The notes beneath the pieces were generated by a model. It was not told where the DNA came from. It did no database searches and was given only the letters and a program-made list of their open reading frames with translations. The position numbers and the translations under genes were made by a program. Shown in pieces: positions 51,291 through 63,805 of a stretch of 64,000 bases of DNA (within the stretch, counting starts at the first letter, position 1; each line of letters starts with the position of its first letter). Source of the DNA: Eledone cirrhosa (Eukaryota); assembly GCA_964016885.1 (NCBI GenBank), contig OZ024745.1, positions 86,180,001 through 86,244,000 of the forward strand, read 5' to 3'.

Positions 51291-51837
51291 CTCTTTATAC
51301 TGATCCCAAATGTTGGAGCAATATTGATCACTCATCAAAGCATATAGCTAAGCCAACAATGTTCCAAATCCATTAGATTTCAATTCCCAGCTGAAGCATA
51401 ATTACTTCGTTTAAGATACTCTTGTCTTAATGTCTAAATATTGCAGTCCCATTGTTTCCTGTAAATGTAATAATTCCCTTGAAAGAAATCAATGTTGTTT
51501 AGCACCCACCTCCTCAAGGTCAGCTCTAATACAGAAATGTCCAAGCAATGCCCATAATATTTATTTCTTCGGTTTTTTTTTTTTAGGTTACATTATTTTG
51601 TGTGTCTTTCCTTTTTACAATGGTAGTGTGTGTGGTTTGAGGGAAATTTGGTTTCTATTTCTAGTAGGTCTTTTGACTGCATTGAATTCTCATCCCCGAA
51701 AATGGGATGAGAATTCAGTACTCGATTGGATATGAGTAGTTGAGTAAGATTATAAATTGTTTTAACTCGGGGTTCTGGGACTCTTTCTGAATATACAACT
51801 ATGTCAACATGGGAGGTTTTTTATGCATGCATATGTA

Positions 51838-52005
51838 GACACACGTGTACACACCCACGGACACACGTGTACACACCCACTGACACGCGTGTACACGCCC
51901 ACTGACGCGTGTACACGCCCACTGACACATGTACACGCCCACTGACGCGTGTACACGCCCACTGACACGTGTACACGCCCACTGATACACGTGTACACAC
52001 CCACA
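51838..52005. repeat. 20-22-bp minisatellite (gtgtacacgcccactgacac)
   Basis: About 7-8 tandem copies read directly. Confidence 0.85.
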
Positions 52006-52042
52006 CAAACATTTTCAAACTTACTATCATTATATTCTAAGA

Positions 52043-52430
52043 GCTGGTGGAATGGCAGTATCGGTAGAGGGTCGGACGCCATGCTTTCCAGCATAGTTAT
52101 GTCCCTTTACGATCTGAGTTCAAATCCCGCCGAGGTTGACTTTGCCTTTCATCCTTACGGGGTCGATAAAATAAAGTACCAGTAATGCACTGGGTAATTG
52201 CTGGCCTTGTGCCTAAAGTAGAAACAATTATATTCTAAGAGCTGGTGGATTGGCAGTATCGGTAGAGAGTCGGACGCCATGCTTTGAAGCATAGAGTTAC
52301 CTCCCTGTATGATCTGAGTTCAAATCCCGCCAAGGTTAACTTTGCCTTTCATCCTTACGGGGTCGATAAAATAAAGTACCAGTAATGCACTGGGTAATTG
52401 CTGGCCTTGTGCCAAAATAGAAACAATTAT
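52043..52430 (+). mobile_element. Two tandem tRNA-derived SINEs
   Basis: Copies at ~52043-52226 and ~52241-52425; attatattctaagagctg occurs before, between and after them. Confidence 0.88.
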
Positions 52431-53216
52431 ATTCTAAGAGCTGAGATAGTACATGAGTTGAATAATAGTTTTCTATAAATTATGATTTGCCATAATGTGT
52501 GTGTGTATTTACCTTATAGTGTGTATGTGCATTTATCCCATAGAGTGAATGAGTGTATTTAAACCAAGGTGTGTGTTTGTATTTACCCTATAGTGTGTAT
52601 GTGTATATTTACCTCATTGTGTGTATGTATGTATTTACCCTATAGTGTGTATGTGTATTTACCCCCTAGTGTGTATGTAAACCATAGTGAGTGTGTGCAT
52701 GTGTGTATTTAAACCATAGTGTGTATGTGTATTTATCCCCTTGTGTGTGTGTATTTAACCCAAGGTGCGAATGTGTATTTACCCTATAGTGTGTATGTAT
52801 ACATGTATTTAACCCAAGATGTGCATGTGTCATATTGTATTTACCTCAAGGTGTATATGAGGATGTGTGCGTATTTACTCCATGTGTGTGTGTAAGTGTG
52901 TATTTATCATATTCAACTTGGTAGATCCGATTTCTTTTCAAGTAACTCTTTAAAATATAAGTTCTGATTTTAGATGTTCTTTTCAGGCAAATAAAATCAG
53001 CAAGAATTTTATTTAACCTTTAACATGCTGAAATTTTTTAATGAATTGCTTCCCTTGACATTGCATTATTAAGGGGAGGTTACTCTATCAGCAACATAAG
53101 GCGCCTACAGTGCGCTGAAGGTTAACTTTATCATGACTTTTAATATTTAGATTTTTATTTCTGTTTTTATACTTGATCATTTTTTTTTTTTTTTGTTTTC
53201 TTTTCCTCTAACACAG

Positions 53217-53293
53217 GGACCGTTTGAATGAAGATGACACAGTTGGAACCCATTTTCTGCCTATATCTATGATTTCTTCACCAGGCGATGCTG
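53217..53293 (+). CDS. Ferlin C2C exon, alternative B (putative mutually exclusive)
   Basis: Long T tract + acacAG|G GAC CGT...GCT G|GTgatt; 77 nt; DRLNEDDTVGTHFLPISMISSPGDA resembles ferlin DRLxxNDxVGT. Confidence 0.88.
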
Positions 53294-54684
53294 GTGATTA
53301 TTAAATATCCTAACTACTTTTTTTTTCTTTAAAAAAATGTGCCTGCTTTCTATGTTGGTTGTTGTCTTTGTCATGTTTCAATTTTTTTTTTTTTTTTTAA
53401 ATTTATTTCTGGAGCTATGGAAGGTAATGGTTAAGCCTAACATTTCACTTTTTCTTTGGTAAAGTGCATGTTTGCTATGGACAATTGTCAGTGATTAAAT
53501 ATAGTTGAAAATAATGTCTGAAAAACAGAAGTGATTATTCCTCTCCACCATTGTCCTTATTTCTTCATAACTTTGCAAAAAGTCAGATTTGATCTTATAC
53601 ACTATGATTTTCAAATGATTTTGAAAATAATAAAAAAAATTTGATGGTAACATAATTCATTAAGTTATTTTATCAAAGGTTCTTACATAGAATTGGGATG
53701 GAAAGTTTTTAGATAAATATAAACACTTTAAAACAAGCATTTTTGTATCATAAAACCTGGGAGTTTCAGGTGTTTTGAAATCAAAATTCTTAAATGTGTA
53801 AAAAAAATTCTATATTATATCATAGAATATCATGTTAGAATCATTTCTATAGATTGGTTTAATTTATCTGTTGCTTCACGACTTTCCTCCATTTGAATAA
53901 AATATAAAGTGCAGTAAAATGGATATTGTTCTCTGTTAATGCTAGTTGGATATGTTCTGTTGTGCTAGTGTGCTCAGCAAATATTCAAGTCTTCAGAAAT
54001 CAACGCCACTCAAAAAAAACAAGGAAATGTAAAGTAATCGTCAATTCTATCACCTTAATGTTAAACCAATAATAGATACTTAATTTTTCCTAAGCAATCA
54101 GTAATATTTTTATCTTGACTAAAAAGCTTTCTTTCTTTAGACTCCAATAGTCTTCAATAATTCTGAAGTTACATTATTTGAAACTATATTTAATGACCGT
54201 TTGTTGGTGATGGTGAAATTTGTAAATTCCATTTTTCAGGGATCAATATAATTATGTTTGTCTTTATATATAAATGGGGATGATGATATATACATTTGAG
54301 AAAATTTTCTGGATTCACAAGAAATAAGAAATATATTTTTAAATGGTGCATGAAAATTACTTTGCACTCTTGACTGATCACAGCTGGAAGCCCACCAGCA
54401 AAAGCAATTGCTCCAAGAAAACCATTACACACATGAACAAATAAAAAGAAATAGGTGCAAAAACAAAAGCAACTTGCATAAAAATGAATCTATTGATTCA
54501 TGATTCCTGTCGTCATTGTAAAGTATCTCTATGGTTTTCAGAAAAGAATACACTGGAATACCTTTGTCTTTCCCAGCGCCTTAGGATTTGAACTCACTCT
54601 GGTCATTTTATGAAAAGCTTGTGAAATATACAGTATTTTGGTTGCTGCTTACAGAGTTAGTTTTGGCTATTGATACTACACAAT

Positions 54685-57600
54685 CAACTGTTTGCGAGGT
54701 ATCTCGCCCTCAACTGTTTGTGAGGTATATTGCCATCAACTGTTTGTGAGGTATCTCGCTCTCAACTGTTTGTGAGGTATATTGCCATCAACTGTTTGCG
54801 AGGTATCTCGCTCTCAACTGTTTGTGAGGTATATTGCCATCAACTGTTTGTGAGGTATCTCGCTCTCAACTGTTTGTGAGGTATCTTGCCATCAACTGTT
54901 TGTGAGGTATCTCGCTCTCAACTGTTTGTGAGGTATCTTGCCATCAACTGTTTGTGAGGTATATTGCCATCAACTGTTTGCGAGGTATCTCGCTCTCAAC
55001 TGTTTGTGAGGTATCTCGCTCTCAACTGTTTGTGAGGTATCTTGCCATCAACTGTTTGTGAGGTATCTCGCTCTCAACTGTTTGTGAGGTATATTGCCAT
55101 CAACTGTTTGTGAGGTATATTGCCATCAACTGTTTGCGAGGTATCTCGCTCTCAACTGTTTGTGAGGTATCTCGCTCTCAACTGTTTGTGAGGTATATTG
55201 CCATCAACTGTTTGTGAGGTATCTCGCTCTCAACTGTTTGTGAGGTATATTGCCATCAACTGTTTGTGAGGTATCTCGCTCTCAACTGTTTGTGAGGTAT
55301 CTCGCTCTCAACTGTTTGTGAGGTATCTTGCCATCAACTGTTTGTGAGGTATCTCGCTCTCAACTGTTTGTGAGGTATATTGCCATCAACTGTTTGTGAG
55401 GTATCTCGCTCTCAACTGTTTGTGAGGTATATTGCCATCAACTGTTTGTGAGGTATCTCGCTCTCAACTGTTTGTGAGGTATATTGCCATCAACTGTTTG
55501 TGAGGTATCTCGCTCTCAACTGTTTGTGAGGTATCTCGCTCTCAACTGTTTGTGAGGTATATTGCCATCAACTGTTTGTGAGGTATCTCGCTCTCAACTG
55601 TTTGTGAGGTATATTGCCATCAACTGTTTGTGAGGTATCTCGCTCTCAACTGTTTGTGAGGTATCTCGCTCTCAACTGTTTGTGAGGTATCTCGCTCTCA
55701 ACTGTTTGTGAGGTATATTGCCATCAACTGTTTGTGAGGTATCTCGCTCTCAACTGTTTGTGAGGTATATTGCCATCAACTGTTTGTGAGGTATATTGCC
55801 ATCAACTGTTTGTGAGGTATCTCGCTCTCAACTGTTTGTGAGGTATCTCGCTCTCAACTGTTTGTGAGGTATATTGCCATCAACTGTTTGTGAGGTATAT
55901 TGCCATCAACTGTTTGTGAGGTATCTTGCTCTCAACTGTTTGTGAGGTATATTGCCATCAACTGTTTGTGAGGTATCTCGCTCTCAACTGTTTGTGAGGT
56001 ATATTGCCATCAACTGTTTGTGAGGTATCTCGCTCTCAACTGTTTGTGAGGTATATTGCCATCAACTGTTTGTGAGGTATCTCGCTCTCAACTGTTTGTG
56101 AGGTATATTGCCATCAACTGTTTGTGAGGTATCTCGCTCTCAACTGTTTGTGAGGTATATTGCCATCAACTGTTTGTGAGGTATCTCGCTCTCAACTGTT
56201 TGTGAGGTATCTCGCTCTCAACTGTTTGTGAGGTATCTCGCTCTCAACTGTTTGTGAGGTATATTGCCATCAACTGTTTGTGAGGTATCTCGCTCTCAAC
56301 TGTTTGTGAGGTATATTGCCATCAACTGTTTGTGAGGTATCTCGCTCTCAACTGTTTGTGAGGTATATTGCCATCAACTGTTTGTGAGGTATCTCGCTCT
56401 CAACTGTTTGTGAGGTATCTCGCTCTCAACTGTTTGTGAGGTATATTGCCATCAACTGTTTGTGAGGTATATTGCCATCAACTGTTTGTGAGGTATATTG
56501 CCATCAACTGTTTGTGAGGTATATTGCCATCAACTGTTTGTGAGGTATCTCGCTCTCAACTGTTTGTGAGGTATATTGCCATCAACTGTTTGTGAGGTAT
56601 CTCGCTCTCAACTGTTTGTGAGGTATATTGCCATCAACTGTTTGTGAGGTATCTCGCTCTCAACTGTTTGTGAGGTATATTGCCATCAACTGTTTGTGAG
56701 GTATATTGCCATCAACTGTTTGTGAGGTATCTCGCTCTCAACTATTTGTGAGGTATATTGCCATCAACTGTTTGTGAGGTATCTCGCTCTCAACTGTTTG
56801 TGAGGTATATTGCCATCAACTGTTTGTGAGGTATCTCGCTCTCAACTGTTTGTGAGGTATCTCGCTCTCAACTGTTTGTGAGGTATATTGCCATCAACTG
56901 TTTGTGAGGTATCTCGCTCTCAACTGTTTGTGAGGTATCTCGCTCTCAACTGTTTGTGAGGTATCTCGCTCTCAACTGTTTGTGAGGTATATTGCCATCA
57001 ACTGTTTGTGAGGTATCTCGCTCTCAACTGTTTGTGAGGTATATTGCCATCAACTGTTTGTGAGGTATATTGCCATCAACTGTTTGTGAGGTATATTGCC
57101 ATCAACTGTTTGTGAGGTATATTGCCATCAACTGTTTGTGAGGTATATTGCCATCAACTGTTTGTGAGGTATCTCGCTCTCAACTGTTTGTGAGGTATCT
57201 CGCTCTCAACTGTTTGTGAGGTATATTGCCATCAACTGTTTGTGAGGTATCTCGCTCTCAACTGTTTGTGAGGTATATTGCCATCAACTGTTTGTGAGGT
57301 ATCTCGCTCTCAACTGTTTGTGAGGTATATTGCCATCAACTGTTTGTGAGGTATCTCGCTCTCAACTGTTTGTGAGGTATCTCGCTCTCAACTGTTTGTG
57401 AGGTATATTGCCATCAACTGTTTGTGAGGTATCTCGCTCTCAACTGTTTGTGAGGTATCTCGCTCTCAACTGTTTGTGAGGTATATTGCCATCAACTGTT
57501 TGTGAGGTATCTCGCTCTCAACTGTTTGTGAGGTATATTGCCATCAACTGTTTGTGAGGTATATTGCCATCAACTGTTTGTGAGGTATATTGCCATCAAC

Positions 57601-59148
57601 TGTTTGTGAGGTATATTGCCATCAACTGTTTGTGAGGTATCTCGCTCTCAACTGTTTGTGAGGTATCTCGCTCTCAACTGTTTGTGAGGTATATTGCCAT
57701 CAACTGTTTGTGAGGTATCTCGCTCTCAACTGTTTGTGAGGTATATTGCCATCAACTGTTTGTGAGGTATCTCGCTCTCAACTGTTTGTGAGGTATATTG
57801 CCATCAACTGTTTGTGAGGTATCTCGCTCTCAACTGTTTGTGAGGTATATTGCCATCAACTGTTTGTGAGGTATATTGCCATCAACTGTTTGTGAGGTAT
57901 CTCGCTCTCAACTGTTTGTGAGGTATCTCGCTCTCAACTGTTTGTGAGGTATATTGCCATCAACTGTTTGTGAGGTATATTGCCATCAACTGTTTGTGAG
58001 GTATCTCACTCTCAACTGTTTGTGAGGTATATTGCCATCAACTGTTTGTGAGGTATATTGCCATCAACTGTTTGTGAGGTATATTGCCATCAACTGTTTG
58101 TGAGGTATATTGCCATCAACTGTTTGTGAGGTATATTGCCATCAACTGTTTGTGAGGTATATTGCCATCAACTGTTTGTGAGGTATCTCGCTCTCAACTG
58201 TTTGTGAGGTATCTCGCTCTCAACTGTTTGTGAGGTATATTGCCATCAACTGTTTGTGAGGTATATTGCCATCAACTGTTTGTGAGGTATATTGCCATCA
58301 ACTGTTTGTGAGGTATCTCGCTCTCAACTGTTTGTGAGGTATCTCGCTCTCAACTGTTTGTGAGGTATCTCGCTCTCAACTGTTTGTGAGGTATCTCGCT
58401 CTCAACTGTTTGTGAGGTATATTGCCATCAACTGTTTGTGAGGTATCTCGCTCTCAACTGTTTGTGAGGTATCTCGCTCTCAACTGTTTGTGAGGTATCT
58501 CGCTCTCAACTGTTTGTGAGGTATCTCGCTCTCAACTGTTTGTGAGGTATCTCGCTCTCAACTGTTTGTGAGGTATCTCGCTCTCAACTGTTTGTGAGGT
58601 ATCTCGCTCTCAACTGTTTGTGAGGTATATTGCCATCAACTGTTTGTGAGGTATCTCGCTCTCAACTGTTTGAGGTATCTCGCTCTCAACTGTTTGTGAG
58701 GTATCTCGCTCTCAACTGTTTCTGAGGTATATTGCCATCAACTGTTTGTGAGGTATCTCGCTCTCAACTGTTTGTGAGGTATCTCGCTCTCAACTGTTTG
58801 TGAGGTATCTCGCTCTCAACTGTTTGTGAGGTATATTGCCATCAACTGTTTGCGAGGTATCTCGCCATCGACTGTTTGCGAGATATCTCTCGCCATCGAC
58901 TGTTTGCAAGATATCTCTCGCCATCGACTGTTTGCGAGATATCTCTCGCCATCGACTGTTTGCGAGATATCTCTCGCCATCGACTGTTTGCGAGATATCT
59001 CTCGCCATCGACTGTTTGCGAGATATCTCTCGCCATCGACTGTTTGTGAGATATCTCTCGCCATCGACTGTTAGTGAGGTATCTCTCACCATCGACTGTT
59101 AGTGAAATATCTCTCACCATCGACTGTTAGTGAGGTATCTCACCATCA
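54685..59148. repeat. 26-bp minisatellite (~170 units) with two interspersed variants, ending in 28-bp variants
   Basis: Constant caactgtttgtgaggtat followed by ctcgctct or attgccat; from ~58870 the unit is cgactgtttgcgagatatctctcgccat. Confidence 0.97.
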
Positions 59149-59710
59149 AACCTTCAATTCATAGTCTAACAACTTAACTATTTCATCTGGATTACATTTA
59201 CATACAGCCAAAGAATTAATGATATGAAATAATCTGATGAAGAAAAAAGAAAGGAGGAGCAGACAATCATGGTAAATGTGCTGGGTACATGTTGGATGTT
59301 TTCATACAAAGTATTTAGCTTGCTGCTTTCCAGATCTCATTTAACCAACCAAGATATAAAAAAAATATAAAAGATATATATATATATATATATACATATA
59401 TACACACACACAGACACAGACAAGACAGACAGACAGAAAATAAACAGACAACAAGACACAGAAAAAAAAAAACCAATTGTTAAACCAATAAAGAAAAACC
59501 TCTGACACCTTTTCAATGTGGAATAGTTTGACAATGTTGCTGTAACAAATCCTGGTGTTAATTTCATTATAGTTTACCAGGCATTGTCTTGGTTTACTGG
59601 ATAAGGGACTGGTTTCCTTATTTGGTGATTATTGTTAAGTCTTGTTAGTGTTTGTATTTTATAAATTATTTCATATATACGTGACGTATTTTATAAATTA
59701 TTTCATATAT

Positions 59711-62610
59711 ACGTGACAGAGTGTCTGTTGTTAACACTAAATCCCACCCCCATGAAGAATTCACCTCCCAACATAGACTGATAATTAGCGACCTCATAGT
59801 CAGGACGAGACGTACTAGACAGCGGAAGAGGACTATCCTCAGGAGAAAAATATGGAAGCTAAAGGACCCCATAGCCAGAAATAAATTTCAAAGCATATTA
59901 CTTGACGCTTTCGACAGTAAGGAAGAGCAATTAGAGTCGTATAATATAGAGGAACAGTGGGAATTCCTGAGAGCAAACCTGCTGACGGCGGCAGACGAAG
60001 TCTGTGGCTGGAGCAGGCCTGTAGGTAGGAGGAGAGTAACATGGTGGTGGAACAGTAAGGTGGAGGAGTCAATTAAGGCCAAAAAGCAGGCTTGGAAAGT
60101 ATGGCAGGATGGGGGAAGTAGAGAAGACTATCAAGTGGCCAGGAGGGAAGCTAGGAGACAAGTGTACTTCGCAAGAAGGGAAGCAGAGGAAAGAAAGTTC
60201 AAGCATGTTCTACAACGTGAGGACCAAAAACGTGAGGTGTTCAGGATTGCCAGGCAATGTGTCAAGGAAAACCGTGATATTGTCGGGGAGAAGTGTGTAC
60301 TTAACGATGATGGCATACTTGCCATCACCGACGCTGATAAGAAGGTAGCTTGGAAGTGTCACTACGAAAGGCTTCTAAATGAGGAGAACAAATGGGAGAA
60401 AGACAGTCTCCCCAGATCGATCCAATAGAGGGACCAGCAGTGTTAGTTGAAGGTAGTATAATAAGTAAGGCAATCAAAGATATGAAGACGGGTAAGGCGG
60501 CTGGGCCTTCGGAAATAGTTGCTGAGATGCTGAAGGCATCTGGTTCGGTGGGACACACCATGGTCACCCGGATAGTTAACCAAGTCGTACAGAATGGGGT
60601 TGTTCCGAAGGAATGGCGTAGCAGCATCATCGTTAACTGCTATAAGGGAAAAGGAGATGCCCTAGATAGAGGTAACTATAGAGGCATTAAATTAATCGAC
60701 CAGGTCATGAAGGTCACGGAAAAAGTAATAGCGCAACTAATCAGAGAGAGAATTGATCTAGATGAAATGCAGTTCGGGTTTGTGTCAGGCAAAAGTACCA
60801 CAGACGCTCTTTTCATTGTACGACAACTACAGGAGAAGTACCTAGCTAAAAGTAAACCCCTATACTTAGCTTTCGTCGACTTGGAGAAAGCCTTCGACAG
60901 AGTCCTCCGTTCCATTATCTGGTGGTCTCTTAGAAAACTAGGTGTTGACGAATGGCTTGTGAGAGCTATACAAGCCATGTATAAAGAAACAGTCAGTAAG
61001 GTTAGAATTAACAACGAATATAGTGAAGAGTTTAGCGTAAAAGTTGGTGTCCATCAGGGCTCTGTTCTTAGCCCCCTACTATTTATTATTGCCCTTCAGG
61101 CTATAACAGAGGAGTTCAAGACCGGCTGCCCATGGGAACTCCTATACGCAGATGATCTAACGCTCATAGCTGAATCAATGACCGAACTAGAGAAAAAATT
61201 CCAAACATGGAAGCACGGCCTAGAATCAAAAGGCCTTAAAATTAACCTGACTAAGACTAAAGTTCTAGTTTGTAGGAAAGAAAATAAGGCGGCGGTCCCA
61301 TCTGGGAAATGGCCATGCTCAGTGTGTAGGAAAGGCGTAGGTAGAAACTCCATTTTATGTCCCAAATGCAAAGTATGGGTGCATAAAAGATGTAGTGGGA
61401 TCACAGGTAAGCTAACTAAGAACATAGATTTTACATGTGGCCGGTGCTCTGGTGCAATAAGTAGCAGCAAGTGCCCACAAAATACTAGCTCCTTCAACTG
61501 CGCAGAGGGTTCTATAGAAATAGTGGACAGCTTCCGTTATCTGGGTGACAAAATCAGCAGTGGGGGAGGGTGCTCTGAAAGTACAGTAGCTAGAGTCAGA
61601 ACTGGATGGAAAAAGTTCAGAGAGCTTATACCACTATTAGCCGCTAGAGGGTTCTCCCTAAAAATGAAAGGCAGGTTATACGATGCCTGCATACGAACAG
61701 CAATGCTGCATGGCAGTGAGACCTGGGCATTGTGTGCAGAGGATATACGCAGACTAGAGAGGAACGAAGCTTGCATGCTCCGCTGGATGTGCAATAGTAA
61801 TATACGTGAACGGCAAAGCATAAACGAACTAAGGAAAAAATTAGAAATAAGAGGGATCAGATGTTATTTACTCGAGAGAAGGCTACGTTGGTACGGTCAC
61901 GTGATGCGCATGAAAGACGACAGCTGTATAACAAAGTGTAGGGCAATAAAGATAGACGGTAGCCACGGAGTAGGCAGACCCAGAAAAACATGGGACGAGC
62001 TGATAAATTCCGACCTCACACGCTTACACCTCTCCAAGACAATGTCACTGGACCGAGACCTTTGGCGGTACTCAGTAATAGAGAAGACCCGCCTTACCTA
62101 AATACAAAGTAAAAACCTACTACAGTCAGTAGGCATCTCTATCAAAACACACCCCCGTCCCACCACCTCCACCCCACCCACACCGCCCCTTTCAATGAAA
62201 AGTTATGTTGGTCCCACAACATCCAGACCGAAACAAATCAGATCGTGTAGGTGTCACGACAAAAAACACACAGTCCACGCTGTAAATGTGGCCGTGTAGG
62301 CAACACGGTAAAAACCTCCCAGTCCCACACTGTAAATGTGGTTGGTGTTAGGAAGGGCATCCAGCTGTAGAAAACCCGCCAGACAGTCCACGCTGTAATG
62401 TGGCCGTGTAGGCAACACGGTAAAAACCTCCCAGCCCCACACTGTAAATGTGGTTGGTGTTAGGAAGGGCATCCGACTGTAGAAAACCCGCCAGACAGTC
62501 CTATGCGAGCAAGACAACCACTCTTGCCTCAAGTGGGAAAACCCCCGTCCAAACCCATGCAAGCGTGGAACACGGACGCTAAACCTGATGATGATGATGA
62601 TGATGATGAT
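59711..62610 (+). mobile_element. RTE-clade LINE, 5'-truncated second copy
   Basis: Near-identical to the reverse complement of 19417-22305; (GAT)n tail at ~62586-62610. Confidence 0.95.
59721..62101 (+). pseudogene. RTE ORF (end of EN, RT, C4HC3 finger), 1-nt frameshift at ~60410
   Basis: Track ORFs 59721-60428 and 60392-62101; C4 run here versus C5 in copy 1; GVHQGS and YADD intact. Confidence 0.9.
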
Positions 62611-63053
62611 TAAGTTAGACATGGCTTGAGCCAATACTGGCCGAGACCTATGAAAGTTATATATTAATGATTTGTACTCAATCCATACCAGCATGGGAAA
62701 AATAAACATTAAATGATGATGATGATGATTGCTACATGGTCCACACTAGTATATTTTCAGTAGTTTTAGTAACAATATTTCTGAATGTAAATTTAACAGA
62801 GATGCTTTTTGTCATATGATAAAACTAATTTTCTAAATTCTCAGTAGCCTTCTTTCATTGATTCTGTCACATGTTAACAAAAGATGTATCAATGGTGCTT
62901 GGTAGTAAAAGTAGAAAAATGCTTTTAGAAATGTTATTCTATCGAAATAGTATATTTTTAGCAAGTCTTTCTTTACATACTGTATTTGACTGGAAATACA
63001 GCACAGTATTTGAATGTCAGTCTAAATGTGAAGAATTTGGTTTTTTGCTCTAA

Positions 63054-63396
63054 CACAGTGGATACGTAAATGCACTCATGAGTTTTATATCAAATAATTA
63101 TATTCGATTCATTTGCAAGCAAACAGCCTCATTAGGATATGTGTTTTAGATGAATATCATCATCCTTTTGTTCTAACATTGACACAGAGAAACAATCGAG
63201 AAGAGAGATGCACAAACTTGACAAAGGGCAATAACCCAGAAACAATATTGTAAATTGTTTCTCTCTGTCACCGTTAGAACGAAAGGATGACGATGGTCAT
63301 CTAAAAAAACAGCATAATGAGGCTGTTCGATTGCAAATGAGTCGAATATCCTTATTATTTGATATAAAACTTACGAATGCATTTATGTATCTATGT
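63054..63396. mobile_element. Degenerate fold-back MITE
   Basis: ~63056-63197 is an imperfect inverted repeat of ~63254-63395. Confidence 0.65.
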
Positions 63397-63805
63397 CAAT
63401 GTAAAGTTATGTTGGTGCCACAACACCCAGGCCGAAACAAATGAGATCGTGTAGGTGTCACGACAAAAAAAACACACAGTCCACGCTGTAATGAGGCCGT
63501 GTAGGCAACACGGTAAAAACCTCCCAGCCCCACACTGTAAATGTGGTTGGTGTTAGGAAGGGCATCCAGCTGTAGAAAACCCGCCAGACAGTCCACGCTG
63601 TAATGTGGCCGTGTAGGCAACACGGTAAAAACCTCCCAGCCCCACACTGTAAATGTGGTTGGTGTTAGGAAGGGCATCCAGCTGTAGAAAACCCGCCAGA
63701 CAGTCCTATGCGAGCAAGACAATCACTCTTGCCTCAAGTGGGAAAACCCCCGTCCAGACCCATGCAAGCGTGGAACACGGACGTTAAACGTTGATGATGA
63801 TGATG
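63397..63805 (+). mobile_element. RTE 3'-UTR-only copy
   Basis: Near-identical to 62192-62600; (GAT)n tail. Confidence 0.88.

Noticed and set aside
54685-59148. CRISPR-like repeat/spacer appearance
   Set aside because: The 'spacers' are 8 nt with only two main variants, there are no cas genes, and the context is a eukaryotic intron; it is a minisatellite.
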